From Alphaproteobacteria bacterium (lineage in GTDB: Bacteria; Pseudomonadota; Alphaproteobacteria; MPNO01), in NCBI GenBank assembly GCA_964291675.2, contig OZ219866.1:3360001-3424000 (forward strand): 64,000 nt of DNA, given 5' to 3'. The position numbers were made by a program, and so were the translations under genes. Positions 19,376-34,053 of the stretch are shown piece after piece. The notes under the pieces were generated by a model. The model was given only the letters and a program-made list of their open reading frames with translations, did not search any database and had not been told where the DNA came from. The stretch's first letter is position 1. Every line of letters begins with the position of its first letter.

Positions 19376-20419
19376 CTACTCCGGCCGGCCTTGAATCATG
19401 CGGAACAGCGGCAGGGTGACCAGGGCGATCAGCACGATCCGGGCGATGTGGTAGGCGGTCACCAGCGGCACGCCGAGGCCGAGGATCTCGGCGGTGATGC
19501 TCATCTCGGCGAGCCCGCCGGGGCAGGTCGCGGCCACCAGGGTGGCGAGCGGCACGCCCGAGGCGGCGCTTATGCCCCAGGCCAGCGCGACGCTGGCGGC
19601 CAGCAATATCGCCGTCGACAGCGCGGCGCCGACGATGACCCGGGGCGCGCGGCGCATCGGCTCGCGCTCGAAGCGCTCGCCGAGCGCGGCGCCGACCAGG
19701 AGCTGGCCCAGCACCAGGAACACGTCGGGCATGCCGGAGAGCTCGATTTCGCCCACCGTCAGCCCGGCGGCGAGGAAGCAGGCGCCCAGCATCCAGGCGT
19801 TGGTCACGCCGAGCCGGGCGAGCAGGAAGGACGCGCCGGCCGAGCCCGCGAGCAGCAGCGGCAGCAGCGACCAGTCGACCGGGATCGTCCGCAGCCCGAG
19901 GAACGACTCCCCCGTGGCGCCGAGCCAGGCGAGCCCGACCGGCACGGTGACCACGACGATGCCGACGCGCACCGTCTGCGACAGCGCGGTGGCCACCGGC
20001 TCGGCCCGGAAGCGGTCGCCGATGACGATCATCTCCGCCATGCCGCCCGGCACGCTGCCGAAATAGGCGGTCGCGGCGTCGAGCCGGGCGATGCGCATCT
20101 GGATCAGCGCGCCCACCCCGCCGAGCAGCACCGCGGCGATCGCGGCCAGCGCCATCCAGTGCAGCTGGCCCGCCACGACCGCGGCGACCTCGGGGGTGAA
20201 GCGGAGCCCGATCGCGGTGCCGATGACGATCTGGCCGAGCTGGCGGGTGCCGTTCGGACAGGCGATGCGGAAGCCCGCGAGGTTGATCCCGGCGACGCAG
20301 GCGAGCGGGCCCAGCAGCCACGGGATCGGCGTGCCGAGCGCCTGGAACACGAACCCGCCCAGCGCCGCCGCGCCGAGCGCGAGGCAGTTGAGGGCGATCG
20401 GGCGGAGCGCGGGAACCAT
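19376..20419 (-). CDS. AbrB-family membrane protein (duplicated domain)
   Basis: PIPWLLGP, GQIVIG..IG.RF, PGGMAEM and PGGLAEM repeats; many TM helices. Confidence 0.88.
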   Translation of the reverse strand: MVPALRPIALNCLALGAAALGGFVFQALGTPIPWLLGPLACVAGINLAGFRIACPNGTRQLGQIVIGTAIGLRFTPEVAAVVAGQLHWMALAAIAAVLLGGVGALIQMRIARLDAATAYFGSVPGGMAEMIVIGDRFRAEPVATALSQTVRVGIVVVTVPVGLAWLGATGESFLGLRTIPVDWSLLPLLLAGSAGASFLLARLGVTNAWMLGACFLAAGLTVGEIELSGMPDVFLVLGQLLVGAALGERFEREPMRRAPRVIVGAALSTAILLAASVALAWGISAASGVPLATLVAATCPGGLAEMSITAEILGLGVPLVTAYHIARIVLIALVTLPLFRMIQGRPE

Positions 20420-20541
20420 GCGGGGCCGGTCTTGTCGGGCGGCGGCGGCGGGCGGAAAATAGCCGCATCACCCGGCGGGCGCGACCCGACCGCCCGCGCG
20501 GCACGGCTTCGATCCGAATAGACGAGAGGAAATAACATCTT

Positions 20542-21303
<762 letters not shown>

Positions 21304-21304
21304 G

Positions 21305-21612
21305 GGTCCCTCGATACGGCGCTGGCGCGCCTACTCGGGATGAGGCCCTTCGATACGGCCCCTGCGGGGCCTACTCAGGATGAGGCCCTTCGATACGGCC
21401 CCTGCGGGGCCTACTCAGGATGAGGCTCTTCGATACGGCCCCTGCGGGGCCTACTCAGGATGAGGCCCTTCGATACGGCCCCTGCGGGGCCTACTCAGGA
21501 TGAGGCCCTTCGATACGGCCCCTGCGGGGCCTACTCAGGATGAGGAAAGAGCCTTGCCCCCACCCCCACCCCTCATCCTGAGTAGCCCGCCGCAGGCGGG
21601 CGTATCGAAGGA
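21305..21612. repeat. Tandem 40-bp REP family-B units (5 near-perfect, 1 degenerate) plus one inverted copy
   Basis: TGAGGCCCTTCGATACGGCCCCTGCGGGGCCTACTCAGGA at 21341, 21381, 21421, 21461 and 21501; inverted copy at 21571-21612; no spacers. Confidence 0.95.
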
Positions 21613-21776
21613 CCGCCTGCGACAATTCGCCGCGGCGGCGGGGCCGGGCCGCGCCGGGCGGAACGCCGCGCGGCGCCCGGATTCGCCGCCCGCGACGGGG
21701 CGCGGCCCATTGTCAATGGACGCTGCGCGGTCTCTCGGCTAGACTCGCGGCGGCGCCGAGTGTCGACGAGGTCCCG

Positions 21777-23042
<1,266 letters not shown>

Positions 23043-23049
23043 TCGGGGG

Positions 23050-23240
23050 GCCGTCCTTCGATACGCCCCCTGCGGGGGCTACTCAGGATGAGGGTGGTTG
23101 TTGGCCGTCCATAACCCACCCTCATCCTGAGTAGCGGCGAAGCCGCGTATCGAAGGACGCCCGCTCAGGATGGTGGGCGGGTCCGCCAAGGCCCTTCCCT
23201 CATCCCGAGTAGGCGCCGCAGGCGCCGTATCGAGGGACCG
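23050..23240. repeat. REP family-B inverted pair plus an extra copy
   Basis: CCTTCGATACG...CTACTCAGGATGAGG followed by CCTCATCCTGAGTAG...CGTATCGAAGG. Confidence 0.85.
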
Positions 23241-23272
23241 CCGAAGGGGCCGCGAGATCCCGAGTCGCCGGG

Positions 23273-23301
23273 GTTGAAGTTTCCGGCTATTTGTCCATGT
23301 T
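23273..23301 (+). promoter_or_regulatory. Putative RpoH (sigma32) promoter of lon
   Basis: GTTGAA-N16-CCATGT resembles the alphaproteobacterial CTTGAA...CCATAT consensus. Confidence 0.5.
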
Positions 23302-23366
23302 ACAATCCTGCCTCGACGGCCTGCCGCCACCCGCGGCGGGCCCGTTCAACGGTTCCGGATCGCGCC

Positions 23367-25769
<2,403 letters not shown>

Positions 25770-25832
25770 CCGCCCCGCCGGGGTGATTCGGCAAAACCCC
25801 GGAATTTCCACGGAAATCCGCCGTATTCCCGA

Positions 25833-25862
25833 TTGACGCTCGAATTTTGGGCGCACTACACT
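25833..25862 (+). promoter_or_regulatory. Putative sigma70 promoter of hupB
   Basis: TTGACG-N18-TACACT. Confidence 0.45.
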
Positions 25863-25977
25863 CCATGGTCGGGCGCGCCCGGTTTGACATGGCGCGTGTG
25901 TGGTTGACGGCTTGGTTGACGCGCTTCCAAGCCATTCTTTTTGCTTTTTTTTAATGTCATCATGAAGGAGGCGTGAG

Positions 25978-26250
25978 GTGAACAAGAGCGATCTCGTCCA
26001 GTCGGTGGCCGACAGTTCCGGGCTCTCCAGGGCGGATTCCGCGAAGGCGGTCGATGCGGTGTTCGACTGCATCACGGCGTCGCTCCAGGACGGCGGCGAC
26101 GTTCGAGTGGTCGGGTTCGGGACGTTCAGCGTGTCCCGGCGCGCGGCCTCCACCGGCCGCAACCCGCAGACCGGCGAAACCATCCAGATTGCGGCCTCCA
26201 ACCAGCCCAAGTTCAAGGCCGGCAAGGCCCTCAAGGACGCGCTCAACTAG
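25978..26250 (+). CDS. hupB: DNA-binding protein HU
   Basis: GFGTF, GRNPQTGE, PKFKAGKALKD; follows lon. Confidence 0.95.
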   Translation: MNKSDLVQSVADSSGLSRADSAKAVDAVFDCITASLQDGGDVRVVGFGTFSVSRRAASTGRNPQTGETIQIAASNQPKFKAGKALKDALN

Positions 26251-26305
26251 GTCCGGGCGGGCCGCGTTGACCCGGAAGCCGGACCCGCGCTAGGGTCCGG
26301 CGCCC

Positions 26306-26381
26306 GGGCGGTTAGCTCAGCCGGTAGAGCGCCACGTTTACACCGTGGAAGTCGGCGGTTCGATCCCGTCACCGCCCACCA
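26306..26381 (+). tRNA. tRNA-Val (anticodon TAC)
   Basis: GGGCGGT/ACCGCCC stem, CCACG-TTTACAC-CGTGG, 3' CCA. Confidence 0.96.
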
Positions 26382-26456
26382 TCACCCCGAATTCCCCGCC
26401 GCGCCGCGCGGTTGTTGACACCGCCGCCCCCGGCGTTCTACATCGTCGCCGGCGCC

Positions 26457-26533
26457 GGGGGTGTAGCTCAGATGGTTAGAGCGCTGGCCTGTCACGCCAG
26501 AGGCCGCGGGTTCGAGTCCCGTCACTCCCGCCA
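26457..26533 (+). tRNA. tRNA-Asp (anticodon GTC)
   Basis: GGGGGTG/CACTCCC stem, CTGGC-CTGTCAC-GCCAG, 3' CCA. Confidence 0.96.
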
Positions 26534-26683
26534 CTTCTCCCGGCCCGTCCACCGCCACCCCGTCATGGCCGGGCTTGCCCCGGATCACGGTCCGGGGGCG
26601 ATCCGGCCATCCATGCGGCCTCGCCGTCCGCACGGCGGAGGGGCGGGAGGGGGCGACGGCACGGCGGCTTCCGGGCCGGAACG

Positions 26684-27490
26684 CTACCCCCGCCGCCGTC
26701 CCAGGAAGCCGGTGCGGATCGCCTTCATCCGGGCGGCGGCCGCGGCGTCGAACTCTTTCTCGGTGCGCGGCTCGGGCGCCCAGTGGCCGTAGCGGTCGGC
26801 GTCGCGCACCAGCGCCGCCGTCGGGCGCTCGGCGTAGCGGGTCTGGCGCGCACGGGTCGGGCAGTAGTGGATCGAGAGCCCGATGCGCCGGTAATCCGCC
26901 CGGTTGGGCTCGGACGAATGCACCGTGCATTCGTGGTGGAGCGAGAACTGCCCGGCCGCCAGCGGCATGGCGACCGCCCGCGCCTCGTCCACGTCCCGCG
27001 TGGTCTGGCCCCTGGACAGCAGGTTGGCGGGATCGGGCGTCTCGTCGAACGCGGTGTCGGCGAGATGGCTCCCCGGGATGCAGCGGATGCAGCCCGAGTC
27101 CCGGTCCGACGGCGTGAAGGCGACCCAGGCGGTGACCGTCTCGCGCGGCTCGATGCCGTAATAGTAGGTGTCGCAGTGCCACGACACGTAGGCAGGGTCG
27201 CGCGCCTCCTTGACGAAGAAGCTGGAGCCCCAGCACAGGATGTCGGGGCCGATCAGATCCTCCACCGCGTCGAGGATGCGCGGATGGCGGACGATGTCGC
27301 TGAACCGGCGGAACGGGAGGTGCGACTTGTGGGCCAGCGTCGCCATGGCGCGCTCGCCGGTGTCGCGCTCGTAGCGCTCCAGGCAGTCGACCGCCGCGCG
27401 CGCCTGCTCCGCCGTCAACGCGTCGATCGGGAACACGAACCCGTCGCGGCGGAACCCCGCCACCCGGTCCTCGGAGAGGCTTTTCGGCAC
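26684..27490 (-). CDS. Phytanoyl-CoA dioxygenase (PhyH) family Fe/2OG enzyme
   Basis: WHCD (HxD), TAWVAF, IPGSH, HSSEPN...RIGL. Confidence 0.9.
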   Translation of the reverse strand: MPKSLSEDRVAGFRRDGFVFPIDALTAEQARAAVDCLERYERDTGERAMATLAHKSHLPFRRFSDIVRHPRILDAVEDLIGPDILCWGSSFFVKEARDPAYVSWHCDTYYYGIEPRETVTAWVAFTPSDRDSGCIRCIPGSHLADTAFDETPDPANLLSRGQTTRDVDEARAVAMPLAAGQFSLHHECTVHSSEPNRADYRRIGLSIHYCPTRARQTRYAERPTAALVRDADRYGHWAPEPRTEKEFDAAAAARMKAIRTGFLGRRRG

Positions 27491-27676
27491 CGGCCGAGGG
27501 TAGGGGGCGGCTGATCGGCGGTCAACGCGGGCGCCCCTTCGTCATATCGACCGAACCCCGCACTCGATCCGGGGCGGAGCCGTGCCCAGCACGGCGGCGC
27601 GTCGCGCGCGGACGGGCGCTGGACAGGGCGCGGCCTTCGCCGCCACACTCGCGCGGCAACCGGGGGAGGACGAGAG

Positions 27677-28726
27677 ATGGCCGAATCGCCGACCGGGCTT
27701 GCCGCGCACATGGTCGGCAGCCTGCCGCTCGACGACGCGGAGACCGCGTTCCGCACGCTGGGGCAGGCGCTGGGGCCGCATCTGCGCTGCCTGCCGGACG
27801 GCGAGACCGGGCGGCGGCGGCGCTGGATCAGCTTCGTCAACGACATGCTCAAGGCCCATCCCGACCTGGAGGTCGATCCCGACGTGCCGGTCCTCGAGTT
27901 CCGCCAGTGGGACGGCAGGCTGGTCTATTCGGTCGAGCGCCTGCGCGTCCGCGCAGGCGTGGATGCGGCGCGCCTCGGCTTCGCCACCGGCTATGCCGAG
28001 GACGCGATCCGCAACCACGCGGTCTTCGCCAGGCTCAAGGGCGAGGGCGCGGTGCCGGACGGGGCGAAGTACCAGATCTGCATGGCGACGCCGCTGGCGA
28101 TCGCCTACAACTTCATCTCGCCCAACGCCTACGACGATTTCATCCCCCCCTACACCGCCCATCTCCGCGCCGAGCTCGGGCGCATCGCCAACGCCCTGCC
28201 GCATGGCGGGATCGCGTATCAGTGGGACGTCTGCCCCGAGGTGCTGATGTGGGAGGGGTATTACGGGCTGGAGGAAGACCAGCGGGGGCGGATCCTCGCC
28301 TCGCTCGGCGAGATCGGCGACATGGTGCCGGACGGCGTCGATCTCGGCTATCACCTGTGCTACGGCAGCCCGCAGGACGAGCACATGGTGCAGCCCGCCG
28401 ATCTCGGGGTCTGCGTCGCCATCGCCAACGGCATCGCCGACAGCGTGTCGCGCGCCATCCGGTACATCCACATGCCGGTGCCCAGGGAGCGCGGCGACGA
28501 GGCGTTCTTCCAGCCGCTCCAGGACCTCGCTCTGGGGCGGGGGACGGCGCTCTATCTCGGGCTGGTGCACGAGGGCGATGCGGTGGGCAACGCGCACAAG
28601 CTCGCCTGCGCGCGCCGCTTCGCCGCCGTCGCCGGCATCGCCGCCGAATGCGGCCTCGGGCGCGGCGACCCGGACTCGCTCGCCGACATCCTGGAGCAGC
28701 ACCGCCTGCTGGCGGCGGCGGGGTAG
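27677..28726 (+). CDS. UROD/MetE-like TIM-barrel protein
   Basis: VGSLP, PDGETG, YHLCYG, LYLGLVH, AECGLGR; HxC...C metal motif. Confidence 0.7.
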   Translation: MAESPTGLAAHMVGSLPLDDAETAFRTLGQALGPHLRCLPDGETGRRRRWISFVNDMLKAHPDLEVDPDVPVLEFRQWDGRLVYSVERLRVRAGVDAARLGFATGYAEDAIRNHAVFARLKGEGAVPDGAKYQICMATPLAIAYNFISPNAYDDFIPPYTAHLRAELGRIANALPHGGIAYQWDVCPEVLMWEGYYGLEEDQRGRILASLGEIGDMVPDGVDLGYHLCYGSPQDEHMVQPADLGVCVAIANGIADSVSRAIRYIHMPVPRERGDEAFFQPLQDLALGRGTALYLGLVHEGDAVGNAHKLACARRFAAVAGIAAECGLGRGDPDSLADILEQHRLLAAAG

Positions 28727-28728
28727 GG

Positions 28729-29100
28729 CGTCCTTCGATACGCGGCTTCGCCGCTACTCAGGATGAGGGTGGGCGGTGCCAGGCCCAGGACCCTCTTCCG
28801 ATCCCGAGCGGGGGCGTCCTTCGATACGCGGCTTCGCCGCTACTCAGGGTGAGGGTGGGCGGTGCCAGGCCCAGGACCCTCTTCCGATCCCGAGCGGGGG
28901 CGTCCTTCGATACGCGGCTTCGCCGCTACTCAGGATGAGGGTGGGCGGTGCCAAGCCCGGGACCCGCTTCCGATCCCGAGCGGGGGTGTCCTTCGATACG
29001 CCCGCCTCCGGCGGGCTACTCAGGATGAGGGATTTCCTTTGAGGCGTACTGACCTCGCCTCATCCTGAGTAGCCCCCGCAGGGGGCGTATCGAAGGACGC
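28729..29100. repeat. Tandem 86-bp units (REP-B plus constant linker) x3, a fourth REP and an inverted copy
   Basis: TCCTTCGATACG at 28731, 28817, 28903 and 28989; linkers nearly identical. Confidence 0.93.
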
Positions 29101-29101
29101 C

Positions 29102-31396
29102 TCACCCGGCGCCGTTGGACGCCTCGCGGATCGCCTTGAGCACCTTGGGCGGCGACATCGGCTGTTCGCGCAGGCGGATGCCGATGGCGTCGTGGATGGC
29201 GTTCGAGATCGCCGCGATCGGCGGGATGATCGGCACCTCGCCGATGCCGCGCACGCCGTAGGGGTGGTTGGGGTTGGGCACCTCGACGATCTCGGTGCCG
29301 ATGAACGGCACGTCGGAGGCGACCGGCACCCGGTAGTCGAGGAAGCCCGGGTTCTCCAGCCTGCCGTCGGCGTCGTAGATGTACTCCTCGTTCAAGGCCC
29401 AGCCGATCCCCTGTACCGCGCCGCCCTGGAACTGGCCCTCGACATAGGCCGGGTGGATCGCCTTGCCGGTGTCCTGGATCACGGTGTAGCGCAGGATCTT
29501 GACCAGCCCGGTGCGGCGGTCGACCTCGACGTCGACGATATGGGTGCCGAAGCCCGGCCCCGCGCCCTCGGCGGTGATCTCCGCATGCCCCGCGATCGGG
29601 CCGCCGGTGACGCCCGCCTTGCGGGCGATGTCGACGATGGAGAGCGGCTCGAACTCGCCGACATTGGAGCTCGCCGGCCGCGCGTGGCCGTCCTCCCACA
29701 CCACCCCGTCGACCGGCACGTCCCACACCCGGGCGGCGCGCTCGCGCATCGTGTCGATCGCCTTGCGCGCGGCCACGGTCACCGCCATGCCGCTGGCGAA
29801 GGTGCCGCGGCTGCCGGCGGTGACGAAGTTGAAGCCGAGCGCCTGGGTGTCGCCGATCTGCGGGCGCACCTTGTCGACGTCGATGCCGAGCTCCTCGGCC
29901 ACCATCATCGCCATCGCCGCGCGCGACCCGCCGGCCACGTCGATGGTGCCGAGGATGACGGTCACGCTACCGTCCTCGTTGACGTTGAGCGTCGTCGTGG
30001 TCTCCTTGCCGATGTTGAACCAGAACCCGGTGGCGATGCCGCGCCCCTGGTCGGGGCCGAGCTTCTCGTCGAGATGCGGGTGTTCCTGCGCCCGCTTCAG
30101 GGTCTCCTCGTAGCCGATGGGGCCGAAGGTCGGGCCGTAATAGGTCTGCGTGCCCTCGCTGGCGGCGTTCTTCAGGCGCAGCTCGATCGGGTCGATGCCG
30201 AGCTCGCGCGACATCTCGTCCAGAATGCTCTCGACACCGAAGATCGAGATCGGCGCGCCCGGCGCGCGGTAGGCGGCGACCTTGGGCCGGTTCACGGTGA
30301 TGTCGTTGCCCCTGACCTTGACGTTGTCGAGGTCGTAGCGGGTGAACGTGCACATCGCCGCCATCGGCACCGAGGAGCCGGCGAAGGCGCCGGCCTGGAA
30401 GTCGAGCTCGGCCTCGGCGGCGACGATCCGCCCGTCCTTGCGGCAGCCGATCTTGATCCGCGTATGCGCGCCCGAGGTCGGGCCGGTCGAGCGGAACACG
30501 TCCTCCCGGCTCATCGTCATCTTGACCGGCCGGTTCGACTTCCTGGACAGCACGATGGCGAGCGGCTCGAGATAGACGTTGTTCTTGCCGCCGAACCCGC
30601 CGCCGAGCTCGGTCGGGATCACGCGGATCTTGGAGATGTCCATCTGCAAGAGCTTGGCGCATTGCGCGCGGATCACGAAATGGCCCTGGGTGGCGGTGTA
30701 GAGCTCGACCTGGCCGTCCTCGGTGTAGCTCGCGATCGAGGCCTGCGGCTCGATATAGCCCTGGTGCACGGGCTTGGTGTCGAACTCGCGCTCGATCACC
30801 AGATCGGCCTCGGCGAAGCCCTGCTCCACGTCGCCCCTGGCGAAGGCGACCACCTTGGCGAGGTTGGAGGGCTTTTCCGGCGCCGGGTCGAGCCCCACCG
30901 TCATCTGCTCCTCGTGCAGCAGCGGCGCATCGTCGGCCATGGCCTCCACCGGGTCGATGACATGCGGCAGCACCTCGTAATCGACCTCGATCAGCCGCGC
31001 CGCGCGGCGCGCGATCGCCTCCGAGGTGGCGGCGACGGCGGCCACCGGGTGGCCGTCATAGAGCACCTTCTCGCGCGCCATCATGTTGCGGGTCACGTCG
31101 CGGAAATTGACGATCAGCTCGCCCGCGGCGGCGTACTCGACGGGCATCTCCGGGAAGTCCTCGCGCGTGACTACCGCCTTGACGCCCTTGACCGCCTCGG
31201 CCTTGTCGGTGCGGATGGCGAGCACCCGCGCGTGCGCGTGCGGGCTCCTGACCACGCGGCCGTAAAGCTGGCCCGGCAGGTTGATGTCGGCGCCGTAGCG
31301 GGCGCGGCCGGTCACCTTGTCGACCCCGTCCGGGCGGATCGGCCGGGTGCCGACGACCTTGAGATCCTTGTCCTCGTATTTGAGCATCGTCGCCAT
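29102..31396 (-). CDS. Xanthine dehydrogenase-family molybdopterin-binding large subunit (CoxL-like)
   Basis: KVTGRARY, GGGFGGK, AYRAPG, VEGQFQGG, GVRGIGE. Confidence 0.93.
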   Translation of the reverse strand: MATMLKYEDKDLKVVGTRPIRPDGVDKVTGRARYGADINLPGQLYGRVVRSPHAHARVLAIRTDKAEAVKGVKAVVTREDFPEMPVEYAAAGELIVNFRDVTRNMMAREKVLYDGHPVAAVAATSEAIARRAARLIEVDYEVLPHVIDPVEAMADDAPLLHEEQMTVGLDPAPEKPSNLAKVVAFARGDVEQGFAEADLVIEREFDTKPVHQGYIEPQASIASYTEDGQVELYTATQGHFVIRAQCAKLLQMDISKIRVIPTELGGGFGGKNNVYLEPLAIVLSRKSNRPVKMTMSREDVFRSTGPTSGAHTRIKIGCRKDGRIVAAEAELDFQAGAFAGSSVPMAAMCTFTRYDLDNVKVRGNDITVNRPKVAAYRAPGAPISIFGVESILDEMSRELGIDPIELRLKNAASEGTQTYYGPTFGPIGYEETLKRAQEHPHLDEKLGPDQGRGIATGFWFNIGKETTTTLNVNEDGSVTVILGTIDVAGGSRAAMAMMVAEELGIDVDKVRPQIGDTQALGFNFVTAGSRGTFASGMAVTVAARKAIDTMRERAARVWDVPVDGVVWEDGHARPASSNVGEFEPLSIVDIARKAGVTGGPIAGHAEITAEGAGPGFGTHIVDVEVDRRTGLVKILRYTVIQDTGKAIHPAYVEGQFQGGAVQGIGWALNEEYIYDADGRLENPGFLDYRVPVASDVPFIGTEIVEVPNPNHPYGVRGIGEVPIIPPIAAISNAIHDAIGIRLREQPMSPPKVLKAIREASNGAG

Positions 31397-31397
31397 C

Positions 31398-31874
31398 TCA
31401 GACCTCCCTCATCTCGCGGGCGGCGTCGGCCACCGCCTCGACGATCTTGTGATATCCGGTGCAGCGGCAGAGATTGCCGGCGAGCCAGTAGCGGATTTCC
31501 GTCTCGCTCGGGTCGGGGTTGCGCTCCAGCAGCGCCCGCGAGGCGACCAGCAGGCCCGGCGTGCAGATGCCGCATTGCAGCGCCGCGTGTTCGAGGAATT
31601 TTTGCTGCAGCGGGTGCAGCGCCTCGCCGTCGGCCATGCCCTCGATGGTCTCGACCCGCTTGCCCTCGATTTCGACGCCGAGCACCAGGCAGGAGCACAT
31701 CAGCCGGTCGTCGACGGTGACCGAGCAGGCGCCGCAATCGCCGGTGCCGCAGCCCTCCTTGGTGCCGGTCATCACCAGTTCGTCGCGCAGCACCGAGAGC
31801 AGCGTCTGGTCGCTCTCGCACAGAAAATCGACCTCGTCGCCGTTGATCGTCGTCGTCACGTGGTAGCGCGCCAT
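31398..31874 (-). CDS. (2Fe-2S) small subunit (CoxS-like)
   Basis: GCGTGDCGAC, QCGICTPG, NLCRCTGY. Confidence 0.94.
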   Translation of the reverse strand: MARYHVTTTINGDEVDFLCESDQTLLSVLRDELVMTGTKEGCGTGDCGACSVTVDDRLMCSCLVLGVEIEGKRVETIEGMADGEALHPLQQKFLEHAALQCGICTPGLLVASRALLERNPDPSETEIRYWLAGNLCRCTGYHKIVEAVADAAREMREV

Positions 31875-32734
31875 CAGCTCTGCTCCGCCCGTTGCAGCGC
31901 GATCCGGGCCGCCCGTTCGGCGAGAACGCCGGCGACCTCGATCCTGAATTCTACGGTGCCCCGCTTGTCGTCGATCGGCCGGCAGGCCGCCGAGGCGGCC
32001 TCGGACAGCGCGGCGAGCGCCTCGTCGTCGACCCGCGTGCCGATCAGCGCGGCGGCGGCCTCGTCGACCAGCAGCGCGCGTTCGGCGACCGCGCCGAGCG
32101 CCACCCGTGCGGACGTGCACACCCCCGCCTCGTCCAGCGCAAGGTTGACGCCGACGCCGACCACCGCGATGTCCATCTCGGTGCGCGGGGTGAAGCGGAG
32201 ATAGGCATCGCCCGAGCGCGGCCTGCGCTCCGGCAGGTCGAACGAGACCACGATCTCGCCGTCCGCCAGCGAGGTCCGGCCCGGCGCGGTCGCGATGTCC
32301 TCGACCGGCACCGCGCGCCGCCCGTCCGGGCCGATGACCTGGGCGAGGGCGCCGGCCGCGATCAGCGCCGGTACGCTGTCGGCGGCGGGCGATGCGTTGC
32401 ACAGATTGCCGCCGAGCGTCGCCCGGCCGCGGATCTGGATCGAGCCGATCAGCCTGGCGCCGTCGACGATCCCGGGCCAGGCGGCGTTGAAGCCTTCATG
32501 CTCCATGATCTCCATGCCGGTGACCGCGGCGCCGAGGCGGAAGCGGCCGTCTTGCTCGGCGATCTCGCGCATCTCGGCGATGTTCTTGATATCGACCAGC
32601 ACCGTCGGCTCGACCAGATCGGCGCGCATCTGGATCAACAGGTCGGTGCCGCCCGCCAGCACCCTCGCGGACCCGCCGGCCTCCGCCAGCAGCCTGGTCG
32701 CCGCGTCCAGTGACGCCGGCGCTTCATAGCGCAT
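31874..32734 (-). CDS. FAD-binding medium subunit (CoxM-like)
   Basis: [28 protein letters not shown]. Confidence 0.93.
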   Translation of the reverse strand: MRYEAPASLDAATRLLAEAGGSARVLAGGTDLLIQMRADLVEPTVLVDIKNIAEMREIAEQDGRFRLGAAVTGMEIMEHEGFNAAWPGIVDGARLIGSIQIRGRATLGGNLCNASPAADSVPALIAAGALAQVIGPDGRRAVPVEDIATAPGRTSLADGEIVVSFDLPERRPRSGDAYLRFTPRTEMDIAVVGVGVNLALDEAGVCTSARVALGAVAERALLVDEAAAALIGTRVDDEALAALSEAASAACRPIDDKRGTVEFRIEVAGVLAERAARIALQRAEQS

Positions 32735-32907
32735 CCGATCCCGCCTCCTCGAGCCTTCAACGATGCCGGCCGCGACCGCGCCCGGGTCTGAGCAGTCATA
32801 TACCGGGCCGGGCAAGGCGAGGAAAGTGCGGCGCTGGGCCGTGCGCGGCGGGACGGCGCGGTTCCGCACGAGCCCGATTTGCTCTAGGGTCCGCCGCCGG
32901 AGGGGCC

Positions 32908-34053
32908 ATGGAATTCGGGCTTTCCGAGGAGCAGCAGCAATTCCGCGCGGCGGCGCGGGCCTTCGCCGCGGGCGAGCTGGCGCCGAACGCGGCGGCCTGG
33001 GACGAGGACTCGGTCTTCCCGGTCGATACGCTGCGCGCCGCCGCCGCGCTCGGCTTCGCCGGGCTCTATGTCGGCGAGGACGTGGGCGGTTCGGCCTGCC
33101 GGCGGCTCGACGCGGCGATCGTGCTGGAGGAGCTCGCCGCCGGCTGCACCTCGACGGCGGCCTATATCTCGATCCACAACATGGCCGCCTGGATGATCGA
33201 CGCCTTCGCGGGCGAGGACCGGCGCCACGCGTGGCTGCCGAAGCTCAATTCCATGGCGTGGTTCGCGAGCTACTGCCTGACCGAGCCCGGCAGCGGGTCG
33301 GATGCCGCCTCGCTGACCACGCGGGCCGAGCGCGACGGCGGGGACTACGTGCTCAACGGCGCCAAGGCGTTCATCTCGGGCGCCGGGAGCGCCGACCTCT
33401 ACGTCACCATGGCGCGCACCGGCACCGACGGTCCGGGCGGGATCACCTGCATCGGCGTCGAGGCCGGCACGCCCGGGCTCTCCTTCGGCGAGCAGGAGAA
33501 AAAGCTCGGCTGGCACTCCCAGCCCACCGCAATGGTCTATTTCGACGACTGCCGGGTGCCGGTGGCCCACCGCATCGGCGCCGAGGGGGAGGGGTTCCGC
33601 ATCGCCATGGCGGGGCTCGACGGCGGGCGGATCAATATCGGCGCGTGTTCGATCGGCGGCGCCCGGGCGTGCTACGAGGCGGCGCGGGCCTATGTCGGCG
33701 AGCGCCGGCAGTTCGGCCGCGCCATCGCCGACTTCCAGGCGACCCGGTTCAAGCTCGCCGACATGGCGACCGCGCTCGAATCGGCGCGGCTCATGGTGTG
33801 GCGCGCGGCGGCGGCGATCGACGAGGGCGAGGCGGACGCGACGCTCCGCTGCGCGATGGCCAAGCGCCTCGCCACCGATGCCGGGTTCGAGGTCTGCAAC
33901 GAGGCCCTGCAGCTGCATGGCGGGTACGGCTATCTTCGCGACCACGCGATCGAGCGCTACCTGCGCGATCTGCGCGTCCACCAGATCCTCGAAGGAACCA
34001 ACGAGATCATGCGGGTCATCATCGCCCGGCGCCTGCTGGCGGAAGCCCGATGA
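32908..34053 (+). CDS. Acyl-CoA dehydrogenase (isobutyryl-CoA dehydrogenase-like)
   Basis: [32 protein letters not shown]; sits in a valine catabolism cluster. Confidence 0.92.
   Translation: MEFGLSEEQQQFRAAARAFAAGELAPNAAAWDEDSVFPVDTLRAAAALGFAGLYVGEDVGGSACRRLDAAIVLEELAAGCTSTAAYISIHNMAAWMIDAFAGEDRRHAWLPKLNSMAWFASYCLTEPGSGSDAASLTTRAERDGGDYVLNGAKAFISGAGSADLYVTMARTGTDGPGGITCIGVEAGTPGLSFGEQEKKLGWHSQPTAMVYFDDCRVPVAHRIGAEGEGFRIAMAGLDGGRINIGACSIGGARACYEAARAYVGERRQFGRAIADFQATRFKLADMATALESARLMVWRAAAAIDEGEADATLRCAMAKRLATDAGFEVCNEALQLHGGYGYLRDHAIERYLRDLRVHQILEGTNEIMRVIIARRLLAEAR

Noticed and set aside
19376-20419. Ammonia monooxygenase
   Set aside because: AbrB-family membrane proteins often carry this misannotation; no amoB or amoC nearby.
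21305-21545. Possible CRISPR array
   Set aside because: Units abut with no unique spacers, no cas genes are present, and the same motif is dispersed as REPs.
28729-29030. Repeat-spacer-like array
   Set aside because: The 'spacers' are near-identical, so this is a tandem duplication.
29102-32734. Aerobic CO dehydrogenase
   Set aside because: The active-site loop reads AYRAPG, not form I AYXCSFR or form II AYXGAGR; substrate unknown.
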